Shown piece by piece: positions 26,737 through 37,133 of a stretch of DNA of 38,785 nt; position 1 is the first letter of the stretch; every line of letters begins with the position of its first letter. Position numbers and translations under genes: made by a program. The notes under the pieces are model-generated. The model saw only the letters and a list, made by a program, of their open reading frames with translations. It had not been told where the DNA came from and ran no database searches. This stretch comes from Candidatus Nitrosocosmicus sp. Lineage in GTDB: Archaea > Thermoproteota > Nitrososphaeria > Nitrososphaerales > Nitrososphaeraceae. Where the stretch lies: positions 1-38,785 of the forward strand of contig JBBRRG010000001.1 in assembly GCA_038200895.1 (NCBI GenBank), read 5' to 3'.

Positions 26737-28236
26737 TTATCTGATATGTATTAGCTGTGCTAAATCTCCAGGGGAAGCCATTGTAGCAAAGTTAAGAATA
26801 GGTCCATACCATATGCCAAATATCACCATGAAACCTATAGCAAATATTAAAACAGCTAAAATAGATTTCGGTTCTTTTTGTCTAACTCTATTCTCGCCCT
26901 CTTCGAAATACATTTTTCGTATTACCCAAGCGTAATAACCTAAAGATAATGCACTATTTAATACACCTGCAATTGCAAGATATGGTCCCCACCATACTTG
27001 GTGACCGCTATCTACAGCAGCCCCAAATAATAGAAGTTTACTCCAAAATCCATTTAAAGGAGGTACTCCCGCTAAAGCTAACAAGGCAATAGTCATAGCA
27101 ATAGCGGTAATCGGCATTCTATATCCAAGTCCTTTGAATCTTTCAATATTATATCCTGTGATAACTATAATTACAGCAGCAGCTGCAATAAATGCCGCTG
27201 ATATCATAACTGCATGATTTAAAATATGAAACAAAGAAGCAGCAATTCCTGCTGCAGCATAGGGAGCAACAGCCAGACCTATAAGAATATACCCTGCTTG
27301 AGAAAGACTTGAATATGCCAGCATTCGTGGTATGCTTTTTTGGGTTAATGCACCTAAATTTCCAACAGTCATTGTAAAGATTGCAATAATAGCAAGTACA
27401 AAAGACCAATGAACATTTAATGCAACTAATCCAATTATAATAACCCGGATAGCTGCAGCAAATCCAGCTTTCTTTGTACCAGCTGCAAGAAGAGTTGCAA
27501 CAGTTGTAGGTGCACCAGAATAAGTATCAGGTAACCACATATGAAATGGCACTAATCCCATCTTAAAGCCAAAACCTGCAATAAATAGCCCTACTGCTAA
27601 CAAACTAAAAGGTATTAACTCAGATTTTAGATGAGATAGTGCAACTATGGAATCATAAATATTTGTAGATCCAGTGATACCATATACTATTCCCATCGCT
27701 AAAACAATAATGGCAGTAGATAATGCTCCAAATAAAAAGTATTTAATAGCAGCTTCGTTTGAAATAGGATCCTTTTTGGAAAATGCCGCCAATGCATATG
27801 TTGGAATAGACATCAATTCCCATGAAACTAACAACATGACAAAATCTGTAGAATAACCAATAAGGATCATCCCAATACTAGACAGAAGAATTAAAGAGTA
27901 ATATGCAGCATGGTTGCTTTTCTTTTTCATATAACTCCAAGATGAAACAGTCACCATTATAGAAACAATAATAAAAGCTATTGAGAAAAATGCTCCAAAA
28001 ACATCGTCTGTAATAACCCCGTTGCTTGCCAAAGATAAGGCTGGAAGTGTTTCACCTAAAACTACACGTACTATTACAATAATTAAAGAGAGAACCAGGG
28101 CACCAAAAGCTATTCCACTATAAACTTTATTTTTAGAACCTTTTTCTTTATTTAATGCATCAATTATTGGAATTAACAAAGCTACGGCACCCAATACAAT
28201 AGTCACTAAAGCTGGAGTTGAAAACAAGTCAATCAT
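26737..28236 (-). CDS. nuoN: Complex I subunit N
   Basis: SNEAAIKYF, GFKMGLVPFHMWLPD, RMLAYSS, GVPPLNGFWSK. Confidence 0.95.
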   Translation of the reverse strand: MIDLFSTPALVTIVLGAVALLIPIIDALNKEKGSKNKVYSGIAFGALVLSLIIVIVRVVLGETLPALSLASNGVITDDVFGAFFSIAFIIVSIMVTVSSWSYMKKKSNHAAYYSLILLSSIGMILIGYSTDFVMLLVSWELMSIPTYALAAFSKKDPISNEAAIKYFLFGALSTAIIVLAMGIVYGITGSTNIYDSIVALSHLKSELIPFSLLAVGLFIAGFGFKMGLVPFHMWLPDTYSGAPTTVATLLAAGTKKAGFAAAIRVIIIGLVALNVHWSFVLAIIAIFTMTVGNLGALTQKSIPRMLAYSSLSQAGYILIGLAVAPYAAAGIAASLFHILNHAVMISAAFIAAAAVIIVITGYNIERFKGLGYRMPITAIAMTIALLALAGVPPLNGFWSKLLLFGAAVDSGHQVWWGPYLAIAGVLNSALSLGYYAWVIRKMYFEEGENRVRQKEPKSILAVLIFAIGFMVIFGIWYGPILNFATMASPGDLAQLIHIR

Positions 28237-28252
28237 TTTTCACTACAACCCC

Positions 28253-30367
28253 TTACATCAATAATAGCATAGCTATTACTATAATACCTGCAGAAAATAC
28301 ATATAGATATGTCTGTATATTCCCTGTTTGCGTAACCTTTACTACTTTTGACATGAAAATCATTGAATATTGAAAAGCAGGATTTACTCCATTCATAATC
28401 CTTCCTTCAAAATATTTATAAATACGCCTATACAGCGCAAGTTGAATTACTACACCTATCCAATACCAAAGTGCATTGAGATACCATCTGTTATACAAAA
28501 ACTGCCATAGAGCCCTTGAAACAACATTTTCTTTGATAATCTCTGGATTTGATTTTCTTTGGATATAAAATACATATCCCAAGTATCCGCCTATTCCAAA
28601 TGCACCAATGGAAGACAAAGCAGCAATTGGATTTAAATTCAAAAAGCCTCTGTTTTTCTCGTTAGAATTTGCAGTAGAAACTGTCGAGTCGGATTGAGAA
28701 TTACCGGTTGAAGAAGATGAAGATATCACCTTGTCTCCAACTATACCATAAGTTTGTGAAAGATAGGTTGCAAACAAGCCATGGATCTGACCTTCAAAGG
28801 CAAAACCTACCACACCTATTGCTATAGATGCAACTGCTAAAATAGCAAACGGCATCCACATAATTCTGTTTACCTCATGAATCCGATGTCCATTTGATTC
28901 AAGTTCAGACACATTTTTACTTGGTTTACCAAAAAATGTTAATCCTACCATTCTAAAAGTATAGAATGCAGTCATAATTGCTACTACAACAGCAAGTGTA
29001 AATAGATATGCTGACAGCGAATAATTAGATTCTAATAAAGATGCAAAAATAGCATCTTTACTCCAAAAACCAGAAGTTATCAAAGGCGCGCCAGCTAATG
29101 ACAAACTAGCCAATAACATGAATATGTAGGTTTTTTTCATACTTTTTCTCAGTCCACCCATATCATACATAAATCTTGAACCAACGGTATGCAGGATAGC
29201 ACCTGCAGCCATAAACAATGATGCTTTAAACAATGCATGACTAATCATATGAAAGAACCCTGCAGTGTATCCATCAACAAAATGCGTGGATAATCCTGCA
29301 ATTCCAAGACCCATCATCATATAACCTATTTGCGAACCTGTAGAATATGCCAGTACTTTTTTTATTTCAGGATTGACCAATGCTTGTGTTGCCAGAAGGA
29401 ATGCAGTTATTGCACCGACCCATGCAACAATTTCAAAAAATTGAGAGATATTAAAGACGGCTAAAGCAAAGAATAGAGGACCAATTCTCGCAACAAGAAA
29501 AACACCGGCCTTTACCATTGTTGCAGCATGAATGAGTGCGGATACAGATGTCGGACCGGTCATAGCTTCCAATAACCATTCATTTAGAGGAAATTGAGCA
29601 GATTTTCCTATTGCCCCTCCAAATAATAAAACTGCGGCTGGAACCAAAAAATTTTGTTTCATCATTTCCTGAGCCCAAGTATGATCAGCAAGCAACTCTT
29701 TAAAACCAAATGTTCCAGCATATGCAAAGATCAAAAACATTCCTGAAAGCATCATGATATCACCCACTCGATTAAACAAAAATGCTTTTATTCCTGCGTG
29801 AGTTGGTGATGTCCACATAGGAATCCCCCAAACAACATGTCCTTCTTTTCCCACATAATCTTTCTTTCTGTCGGTGTACCAAAATCCTACCAATGCATAG
29901 GAAGCCAATCCTACTCCTTCCCATCCAAAAAATACCATTAAGAGATTATCAGATAACACTATAAGTTGCATTGATCCTATAAAGAATAACATAAAAAACC
30001 AATATCTGGTAATGGATTTTTCACCATGCATATAGGAAATAGAGTAAACAAAGATTGATGCAGATATCCAAGCAACCAAATTGCTCATTACTATACCAAG
30101 AGGATCCGCTAGGACTCCTGCGTTTAAATTCAAGGCAGAGATCCATGGTATCTGGCTATGAATTTCCTTGCCTGATAGTCCTAGAGGAAGAATACTCAAT
30201 GCTAATAATGCACTTAAAATAGAAAACCCTACCGCAACATAACTTCGAATATGTTCGCTTTTATTTTTTAAAGCAGGAATCAAAGCGGCTCCTATGAATG
30301 GGATCATCCAAATTAGCCATGCATTTACACCCAAACCTAAAAATCCTATTGTATTGTTTTCAACCAT
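28253..30367 (-). CDS. nuoL: Complex I subunit L
   Basis: GWEGVG, GKSAQFPL..WL.EAMTGPTSVSALIHAATMVKAG, QTGNIQTY. Confidence 0.96.
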   Translation of the reverse strand: MVENNTIGFLGLGVNAWLIWMIPFIGAALIPALKNKSEHIRSYVAVGFSILSALLALSILPLGLSGKEIHSQIPWISALNLNAGVLADPLGIVMSNLVAWISASIFVYSISYMHGEKSITRYWFFMLFFIGSMQLIVLSDNLLMVFFGWEGVGLASYALVGFWYTDRKKDYVGKEGHVVWGIPMWTSPTHAGIKAFLFNRVGDIMMLSGMFLIFAYAGTFGFKELLADHTWAQEMMKQNFLVPAAVLLFGGAIGKSAQFPLNEWLLEAMTGPTSVSALIHAATMVKAGVFLVARIGPLFFALAVFNISQFFEIVAWVGAITAFLLATQALVNPEIKKVLAYSTGSQIGYMMMGLGIAGLSTHFVDGYTAGFFHMISHALFKASLFMAAGAILHTVGSRFMYDMGGLRKSMKKTYIFMLLASLSLAGAPLITSGFWSKDAIFASLLESNYSLSAYLFTLAVVVAIMTAFYTFRMVGLTFFGKPSKNVSELESNGHRIHEVNRIMWMPFAILAVASIAIGVVGFAFEGQIHGLFATYLSQTYGIVGDKVISSSSSTGNSQSDSTVSTANSNEKNRGFLNLNPIAALSSIGAFGIGGYLGYVFYIQRKSNPEIIKENVVSRALWQFLYNRWYLNALWYWIGVVIQLALYRRIYKYFEGRIMNGVNPAFQYSMIFMSKVVKVTQTGNIQTYLYVFSAGIIVIAMLLLM

Positions 30368-30381
30368 TTTCCTTCAAATCC

Positions 30382-32172
30382 TCAAAAATACAGACTATTA
30401 TGTAAAAGAGACATATGTCCCGTTTGTATACTTGCTTGCGAATTCTTGTACATGTTTAAATCATCAATGTTTCCTTTGATTTGTTCAGATATTTTTATAA
30501 TCGGAGAAGTGTTTTTTTGTTTTATATGCACAATTTCATCAGAATGACCATATAAATTTTCAACGTAATTGATTATTGGCTTATAGAACAAATCAGGATA
30601 AACACCCAACATCAAAGTAAAAGCAGCTAAAACCCCCATCGTAACTATTACATATCCACTCGAATCCTTTACATTTTTTAATGTTTCTGGAACCACACCA
30701 AAAAATATTCTCTTGTACATCCATAGAATATAAGCAGAAGTCAAAACAGTAGTTAACATAGCTATTGCAAAAGCTATCACCTTTAAAGAATCCCAATGGA
30801 TAGATATAGCACCTTGCAGAGCTCCATTGAATAATACCCATTCAGCCATAAATCCACTTGTGATAGGAACACCCATTATGGTTAGTGCCCCGATCATCGT
30901 GAGCACAGCGGTATATGGCATTTTGCTAGATAGTCCACCTAAATCATTCATATTTCTGGTTCCAGTTTGTAAAATTACAGATCCAGCCATCATAAACAAT
31001 AATGCTTTACCTAATCCATGAGTTACATACAACAATATTGCACCACTTATTCCCAAAACGCTCTCAGAACCAATTCCAAACAGGATATAGCCCATAGAGC
31101 TAATACTAGAGTATGCCAAAACTTTTTTTATATCATTTTGCATTAAAGCCATGGCACCTCCAAACACCATGGTTGCCACTCCCCATATCTCTAGATAAAT
31201 ACCATATCCAGCATAATGAGAAGATAACAAATCTAACCATATTCTGATGATACCATACGCACCTATACCCGTCATTGCAGAAGAAATTAATACCGATATT
31301 GGAGTTGGTGACATGGTATATGTCTCCGGCAACCACACATGCAAAAACAATGAACCAAGTTTTATGCCAAAACCAATCAGTATTGAAAAAAGTATCAGAT
31401 TAATCCAATTAATTGGTATTTTAACAGCATTTGCCTTTATAACGTCATAATCAAATCCACCCGAAAAGAAACCTATAGCCAATAAACCTAAAAGTAAAAT
31501 AAGCGCCCCTACAGCGGACCATAAAAAGAATATGAATGTAACCTTTTTCCTGTTGCCATAACCAAAAAAAGCTATCAAGAAAAAGGTAGGGACAAGCATC
31601 AATTCAAAAAATGCATAAAATTCAACTAAATTCGTAGCAAGTATGGTGCCCACCATACCCATTGAAAATGCTAAATACAGAGCAAAGTATAATCCCATTT
31701 GAGAATTTAAATATATTTTTTGGTCGCCGGATAAAACTAAAGATGATGTATTACCTCGGCTATTACTGTCATTTTTATTGCCTTTATCTTCAACATAATC
31801 TATTTTCGCATTTACAACTGTTTTTGTTTGATTAAATTCATTCATAATTTTTCGTATCATATATGGTTTTGAATATAATACCACTATCGTACATAAAAGG
31901 TAAATAGTTATTGCAAAAGGAATGCTTAAACCATCCAGCTTTAGTCCAAAATGTCCAAGTTGACTCCACGGATAAATTTCTTGATATGTACCAGCAGAAC
32001 CAAGTCCTAGCGATGGAATAAAAATAAAAATAGTAGATAATGCTAAAATTCCAAAAGCAAACCATGTTACAATGTTGACTCCTTTGCGTTTACCTAAATA
32101 ATATGCTACAGGAGAAAATATCAATGGCAAAAATGTTGCCACCATTAAATAATAAGAAGATGAATCTGCCAT
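30382..32172 (-). CDS. nuoM: Complex I subunit M
   Basis: FYAFFELMLVP, LHVWLP, DIKKVLAYSSIS, SGFMAEW. Confidence 0.94.
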   Translation of the reverse strand: MADSSSYYLMVATFLPLIFSPVAYYLGKRKGVNIVTWFAFGILALSTIFIFIPSLGLGSAGTYQEIYPWSQLGHFGLKLDGLSIPFAITIYLLCTIVVLYSKPYMIRKIMNEFNQTKTVVNAKIDYVEDKGNKNDSNSRGNTSSLVLSGDQKIYLNSQMGLYFALYLAFSMGMVGTILATNLVEFYAFFELMLVPTFFLIAFFGYGNRKKVTFIFFLWSAVGALILLLGLLAIGFFSGGFDYDVIKANAVKIPINWINLILFSILIGFGIKLGSLFLHVWLPETYTMSPTPISVLISSAMTGIGAYGIIRIWLDLLSSHYAGYGIYLEIWGVATMVFGGAMALMQNDIKKVLAYSSISSMGYILFGIGSESVLGISGAILLYVTHGLGKALLFMMAGSVILQTGTRNMNDLGGLSSKMPYTAVLTMIGALTIMGVPITSGFMAEWVLFNGALQGAISIHWDSLKVIAFAIAMLTTVLTSAYILWMYKRIFFGVVPETLKNVKDSSGYVIVTMGVLAAFTLMLGVYPDLFYKPIINYVENLYGHSDEIVHIKQKNTSPIIKISEQIKGNIDDLNMYKNSQASIQTGHMSLLHNSLYF

Positions 32173-32270
32173 CTACATTCTCGTACTCCGGATACCCCTA
32201 CCAAAACGACATTGTCTCCTTTTATATATTAATCGATTATAATATCCAAAAAAGGAGTAAAAGAATTGAA

Positions 32271-32573
32271 TTAATTTTTAAGATTTCGGTATTCAGTGAT
32301 ATCTATATCTTTATAGAATCGATATGCGATTATTATGATACCCAAGCCGACAGCAACTTCTGCAGCAGAAATAGCAATTGAAAATAGAACAAAAATTTGG
32401 CCTTGAGGATTAGATACCATTCTAGAAAATGCTACCAGAGTAAGATTTACAGCATTTGCGATTAATTCAATCGAAAAAATTAATCTTAGTGCATTTCTTT
32501 TAACGACTAATCCATATATTCCTATAGATACAAGGATAACCGCTATAATCAAAAAATCACTAGGCTGATTCAT
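32271..32573 (-). CDS. nuoK: Complex I subunit K
   Basis: SIELIANAVN, SAAEVAVGL. Confidence 0.95.
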   Translation of the reverse strand: MNQPSDFLIIAVILVSIGIYGLVVKRNALRLIFSIELIANAVNLTLVAFSRMVSNPQGQIFVLFSIAISAAEVAVGLGIIIIAYRFYKDIDITEYRNLKN

Positions 32574-33078
32574 TTGTTTCTTCTATATCCTCCCTTCTTG
32601 CTAAAGCTAATGCACCTATAATTGATCCAGCCAAAGTTAAAGCCAATGCAATTAATACTGGGGAATAATAAGTTAATAATTTTTTCCCTATTTCTTTTAT
32701 GTCAACAACAGGAGTACCATTATTGAAACTAAATTGTGTAGTTACAGAATTTCCAATGAAATAGCCAATTAAGGCAAGAAAACCCAAACTAAGAATAATA
32801 CCTGCAATTTTCCTTTTTTTGGTCTCTCTTTTTGTTACGGTATTAGGTGATCTAACCAGCATAACAGTAAAGATAATCAAAACTGCTACTGCACCTACAT
32901 ACACAGCTATTTGAAACATTGCAACAAAGGGCGCATCTAAAATAATAAAATAGCCAGCAATACCCAACATAGATACAGCTAAAGCAATACCCCCATACAA
33001 AATCTCCCTACTTTCTAGAGTGATAATAGCAGACCCGATTGTCAATATTGATAAGCCTATAAATATCCCATCAACCAT
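32560..33078 (-). CDS. nuoJ: Complex I subunit J
   Basis: FQIAVYVGAVAVL. Confidence 0.93.
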   Translation of the reverse strand: MVDGIFIGLSILTIGSAIITLESREILYGGIALAVSMLGIAGYFIILDAPFVAMFQIAVYVGAVAVLIIFTVMLVRSPNTVTKRETKKRKIAGIILSLGFLALIGYFIGNSVTTQFSFNNGTPVVDIKEIGKKLLTYYSPVLIALALTLAGSIIGALALARREDIEETNESA

Positions 33079-33568
33079 GATTGGCTCCCCTTGAATCTAT
33101 CTTTATTTCTACATCTCCATCATACTTTGGTTTTACTGCTAATTGAGATGGAGTATAAATTAAATGAGATTTGGTAAATGATGACAATTCATAATCATTT
33201 GTCATATATATCGCATAAAATGGACATGCATCAACACACAATCCACAAAAAACACATTTTCCATAGTCTATCTGAGGCATAATTGATTTCTTATTTTGTT
33301 TCCAATGTTCATCTACCTTTACCATAGAAATAGCTTCTGCTATCCCTTCGCAAGCAATAGAGCATAATTGGCAACCAGTACATTTATCATGAAAGAGTAT
33401 ATGACGGCCCCTTAATCCAGCTATTCCCACTCCCTTTTTAGGGTCAAATTGATAGCCATCACCATCAAATTTTAGCTTTTGTTCAGGATAACGTAATGTA
33501 AATCTCTTTATAAAAAGATGTTTCGTACCTGACTCTAGTGCCTTAATAAATGCAGTTGCAGTATTCAT
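33071..33568 (-). CDS. nuoI: Complex I subunit I (2x[4Fe-4S])
   Basis: CTGCQLCSIAC and CVFCGLCVDACP. Confidence 0.95.
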   Translation of the reverse strand: MNTATAFIKALESGTKHLFIKRFTLRYPEQKLKFDGDGYQFDPKKGVGIAGLRGRHILFHDKCTGCQLCSIACEGIAEAISMVKVDEHWKQNKKSIMPQIDYGKCVFCGLCVDACPFYAIYMTNDYELSSFTKSHLIYTPSQLAVKPKYDGDVEIKIDSRGANHG

Positions 33569-34866
33569 TTTGGCGATATCATTCCTCCCGGTCCCAAAAT
33601 TCCACTATAGATCAGAGTAAGAACAATAAAGAGATTTATGAATGTTAAAACTATCAATTTATACCAACCAGTATGTAATAATATATCAATTCTAATTCTT
33701 GGGTTGATACCTCTTGTTATTAACATAATCAAAATAATTATAGATGTTTTTACCATAAACCAGAAAATACTATTTACAGTTACAGCATTGTACAAACCAT
33801 CCAAAGCAAATATTTTTAATAATGGAATATTTGAGGCAGATGCACCTGGAATTAACTCATGCGGAAATATTTGTGGTCCATACCAACCACCTAAAAATAG
33901 TATCACAAATAGAGCACTTAATGCATAAAGCTTTAGATAACTACCTAATTGAATCAATCCAAAAATCATTCCGGATGTTTCAGTCAACCAACCAGCGACG
34001 ATTTCACTTTCTGCTTCAGGAAGATCAAATGGTATACGCTCAAGTTCTGCAAGTGATGATATATAGAAAACAAATGCATTAATGGGCATGATCAAAATAT
34101 TCCAGAAAATATTTTGGGATCTTACTATATCAGATAAATTCAATGACGCAGATAAAATAACAACTGGTAAAGCAGATAAAAAAAATGGAATCTCAAAGGC
34201 AACCATCTGATGCAGTGCTCTTAGACCTCCAATGAATGGGTATTTACTATTGCTGGCCCATGAAAATAATAGTGTTATCAGTGGAAAGAATCCAAGTATA
34301 CCGAAGGTAGCTATCAAACCAACATTTACATTCGCTACAACCCAACCAGGTGCAACCGGAATTAACGAAACTACTGCTGCTGAAGTAGATACAAACAGTA
34401 TAGGAGCAAGCCAGAAAATTGGTTTATCTGCTCCCGAGGGAACTATTATTTCTTTGGCGATAAGTTTCAAACCGTCTGCAACTAATTGAAAAATACCCTC
34501 TATTTTTCCAGCATATAGGGGTCCTACCCTGAGCTGCATTTTTGCCAATAATTTTCGTTCAATGAAAATAGTAGCTGCTGCTACCAATGCTGCAAAAGTA
34601 AACCCAGGAAATACTGCCGCTCTAAATAAATCAGTATGAATTAAAAATTTTATTATGGGAAGTGTTCTTGCCGGATCCACAACCATTGAAAAAAACAGAT
34701 AAGGAGTTAATACTTGTCCATCAACAACTGGCAAAGGAACGAAAAACAATGTAAAAAATATTATTGGAAGAATTAATACGGTTACCAGAGATAGGATAAC
34801 AAGTATTAGTTGTATAACACTACCGACAAAATTTCCAAATCTAAAATCAGGAGTTATTGAACCCAT
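33565..34866 (-). CDS. nuoH: Complex I subunit H with N-terminal extension
   Basis: ERKLLAKMQLRVGP, ADGLKL, RIPFDLPEAESE, PRIRID. Confidence 0.95.
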   Translation of the reverse strand: MGSITPDFRFGNFVGSVIQLILVILSLVTVLILPIIFFTLFFVPLPVVDGQVLTPYLFFSMVVDPARTLPIIKFLIHTDLFRAAVFPGFTFAALVAAATIFIERKLLAKMQLRVGPLYAGKIEGIFQLVADGLKLIAKEIIVPSGADKPIFWLAPILFVSTSAAVVSLIPVAPGWVVANVNVGLIATFGILGFFPLITLLFSWASNSKYPFIGGLRALHQMVAFEIPFFLSALPVVILSASLNLSDIVRSQNIFWNILIMPINAFVFYISSLAELERIPFDLPEAESEIVAGWLTETSGMIFGLIQLGSYLKLYALSALFVILFLGGWYGPQIFPHELIPGASASNIPLLKIFALDGLYNAVTVNSIFWFMVKTSIIILIMLITRGINPRIRIDILLHTGWYKLIVLTFINLFIVLTLIYSGILGPGGMISPK

Positions 34867-36026
34867 TATCTATCTGCCTCTATTGGCCAATAATTCAGAG
34901 ACCAATATATAGGTGGCATGTCACCTAATTTTGATCCAACTAATAAAAATGGTAAAGCCATTAGGTTTCTGAATGAAGGAGTAGACATTTTTACCCTATA
35001 TGGTCTTGATGTTCCATCGCTTATTATGTGATAACCCAAAGCACCCCGTCCAGATTCAACTCGTTTATAGGATTCTCCCGGAGGACCCTTGACATTACCG
35101 AGCAATTTTTCTCGCACATCCCCGGATTCTGGCATTTTATCTAATAGCTGTCTGATAATATGACATGATTCGAGCATATCAAGGTAGGGAACGTATGCTC
35201 TAGCAAAAGAATCACATGTTTTCATATATTGAACATTGAAGTCTATTTCATCATAAATATCATATGGTTCTACTTTTCGAATATCATAAGGTACCCCTGA
35301 TGCACGAAGTACAGAACCCGTAACACCTAATTTTATCGCATCCTCTTTTGATAAAATTCCCACTCCTTCTGTTCTTTGCCTTAGCAATGGATTATTATAA
35401 AAAATATGTTCATATTCCTTTAGCCTTTTTTCAAAATAATTTACCTGAGTTAAACATTTTTCTTTAAAGTTATATGGAAAATCATTTCTAACACCTCCAG
35501 GGATATTAAAACAATGAGTAACACGATGACCTGAAAAGCGTTCTAATAAATCTATTATTAATTCTCTATCACCTGCAGGCCACATGAACATTGTCGAATG
35601 TCCAAGAAAAATTCCATAAATAGCTAGCCAATACTCTGTATATACCAGTCTATTTAATTCTGATGCGATAGCACGTATAAATTGTCCCCTTCGTGGAACG
35701 GTAATACCAATCAAATCTTCCACAGCAAGGCAGTAAGAATATAAAATATTAGAAGAATCATGAAGTGCAGGTCTTTCCAATTGCGGAAGATTTTGAAAAT
35801 AGTTGCGGTATTCACACATCTTTTCATGTCCTCGGTGAACATAACCGGGGTCAGGGTCTACATTTACAATATAATCCCCATCCACTTTAATTACAAATCG
35901 AAAATGTCCTGAGCCCGGATGTTGAGGTCCAACACTCAGAGTCATCAATCGATCATCTTCGGTATCTTTTACTATCTGCATAGATAGTTTTTTAGCTTCA
36001 TCAATTTTTTCTTCTAAACTAGACAT
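34866..36026 (-). CDS. nuoD: Complex I subunit D
   Basis: GPQHP, GYVHRGHEK, ELNRL, LRASG, ESGRG, IEADR. Confidence 0.95.
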   Translation of the reverse strand: MSSLEEKIDEAKKLSMQIVKDTEDDRLMTLSVGPQHPGSGHFRFVIKVDGDYIVNVDPDPGYVHRGHEKMCEYRNYFQNLPQLERPALHDSSNILYSYCLAVEDLIGITVPRRGQFIRAIASELNRLVYTEYWLAIYGIFLGHSTMFMWPAGDRELIIDLLERFSGHRVTHCFNIPGGVRNDFPYNFKEKCLTQVNYFEKRLKEYEHIFYNNPLLRQRTEGVGILSKEDAIKLGVTGSVLRASGVPYDIRKVEPYDIYDEIDFNVQYMKTCDSFARAYVPYLDMLESCHIIRQLLDKMPESGDVREKLLGNVKGPPGESYKRVESGRGALGYHIISDGTSRPYRVKMSTPSFRNLMALPFLLVGSKLGDMPPIYWSLNYWPIEADR

Positions 36027-36046
36027 AGGTAATAAACACCCTTTTT

Positions 36047-36556
36047 TTATCTCCCTTTTGATCTAAAATCTTTTCTAAGTGGCGGAAGATCAACCCAGTC
36101 TTCTGGTAAAAGAAAACGCTCATTACGAGGATGACCAATAAAATACACTCCCAACATTTCATAAGTTTCACGTTCATGATATTCAACACTAGGAAATATA
36201 TTTATCAAACTATTTGATTTTGCATCATCTCGATCAACTTTAGTCGATAATACCAATACATATGGCAGAATATCAGGATTACTATATGAACCTAAATGAT
36301 AATTAATTTCAATTTTATTTTCTTTTGGATAATCTGTGCCTGAAGCAGATTCAGCATGGTCTAGTCCATAATTATCTCTTAAAAAGATTGCAATTTCTAC
36401 TATATTTTCAGGTTCAACCATAATTTTTGAACGATTATGTTTATCATAAATTATTTTAATATTAGTAGAAAATTTATCGGACAACGACTTCAATATATCA
36501 TTAGATAGAGCAATAGAATTTGTTTTGGTTTTTATTTGTGTGTTAGTATCGATCAC
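36047..36556 (-). CDS. nuoC: Complex I subunit C
   Basis: ERETYEMLGVYFIGHP, PLRKDF. Confidence 0.95.
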   Translation of the reverse strand: MIDTNTQIKTKTNSIALSNDILKSLSDKFSTNIKIIYDKHNRSKIMVEPENIVEIAIFLRDNYGLDHAESASGTDYPKENKIEINYHLGSYSNPDILPYVLVLSTKVDRDDAKSNSLINIFPSVEYHERETYEMLGVYFIGHPRNERFLLPEDWVDLPPLRKDFRSKGR

Positions 36557-37074
36557 TTTATCTTTGACCTTTTAATTTTTTCTTGTAACAAAAATGTCCC
36601 TTGGATAAGAGTTTCAGGCCTTGGAGGACATCCAGGTACATAAACATCTACAGGAACAATCCCATCACATCCAGGTAAAACATTATAAGAATCAAAATAA
36701 AGCCCACCAGTAATTGCACAAGCCCCCATCGCAATCACATATTTGGGCTCAGGCATTTGATCATAAACTAGACGAAGGCGTGGTGCCATTTTTCTAGTAA
36801 CTGTACCTTGAACAACAATTAAATCACATTGTCTTAATGAGCCAAAAGCTTCAAGAATACCAAACCTCTCTACATCATATCTCGGGCTTGCAGCTGCCCC
36901 GAATTCAACACTACAACAAGATGTTTCTAAATGAACGGGCCATAATGAAAATACACGACTCCAATTAATTGCATAGCCTAGCGGTTCCTCCAAGGCGGTC
37001 ACTAGAACATCACTTAGCTTTGATACCAATATATTAAAATTAGCGGGATTAGGATTAAGTAGTTCTTTCAACAT
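36553..37074 (-). CDS. nuoB: Complex I subunit B
   Basis: SCCSVE, QMPEPKYVIAMGACA, VPGCPPRPE. Confidence 0.96.
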   Translation of the reverse strand: MLKELLNPNPANFNILVSKLSDVLVTALEEPLGYAINWSRVFSLWPVHLETSCCSVEFGAAASPRYDVERFGILEAFGSLRQCDLIVVQGTVTRKMAPRLRLVYDQMPEPKYVIAMGACAITGGLYFDSYNVLPGCDGIVPVDVYVPGCPPRPETLIQGTFLLQEKIKRSKIK

Positions 37075-37133
37075 GCCACTACACTAATATGTAATAACCG
37101 GTTTAGTTATTAAAATCTATTGGAAAAAAACAA

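Noticed and set aside
32103-32381. 92-aa + strand ORF across the nuoM/nuoK gap
   Set aside because: Antisense to both genes, with no motifs
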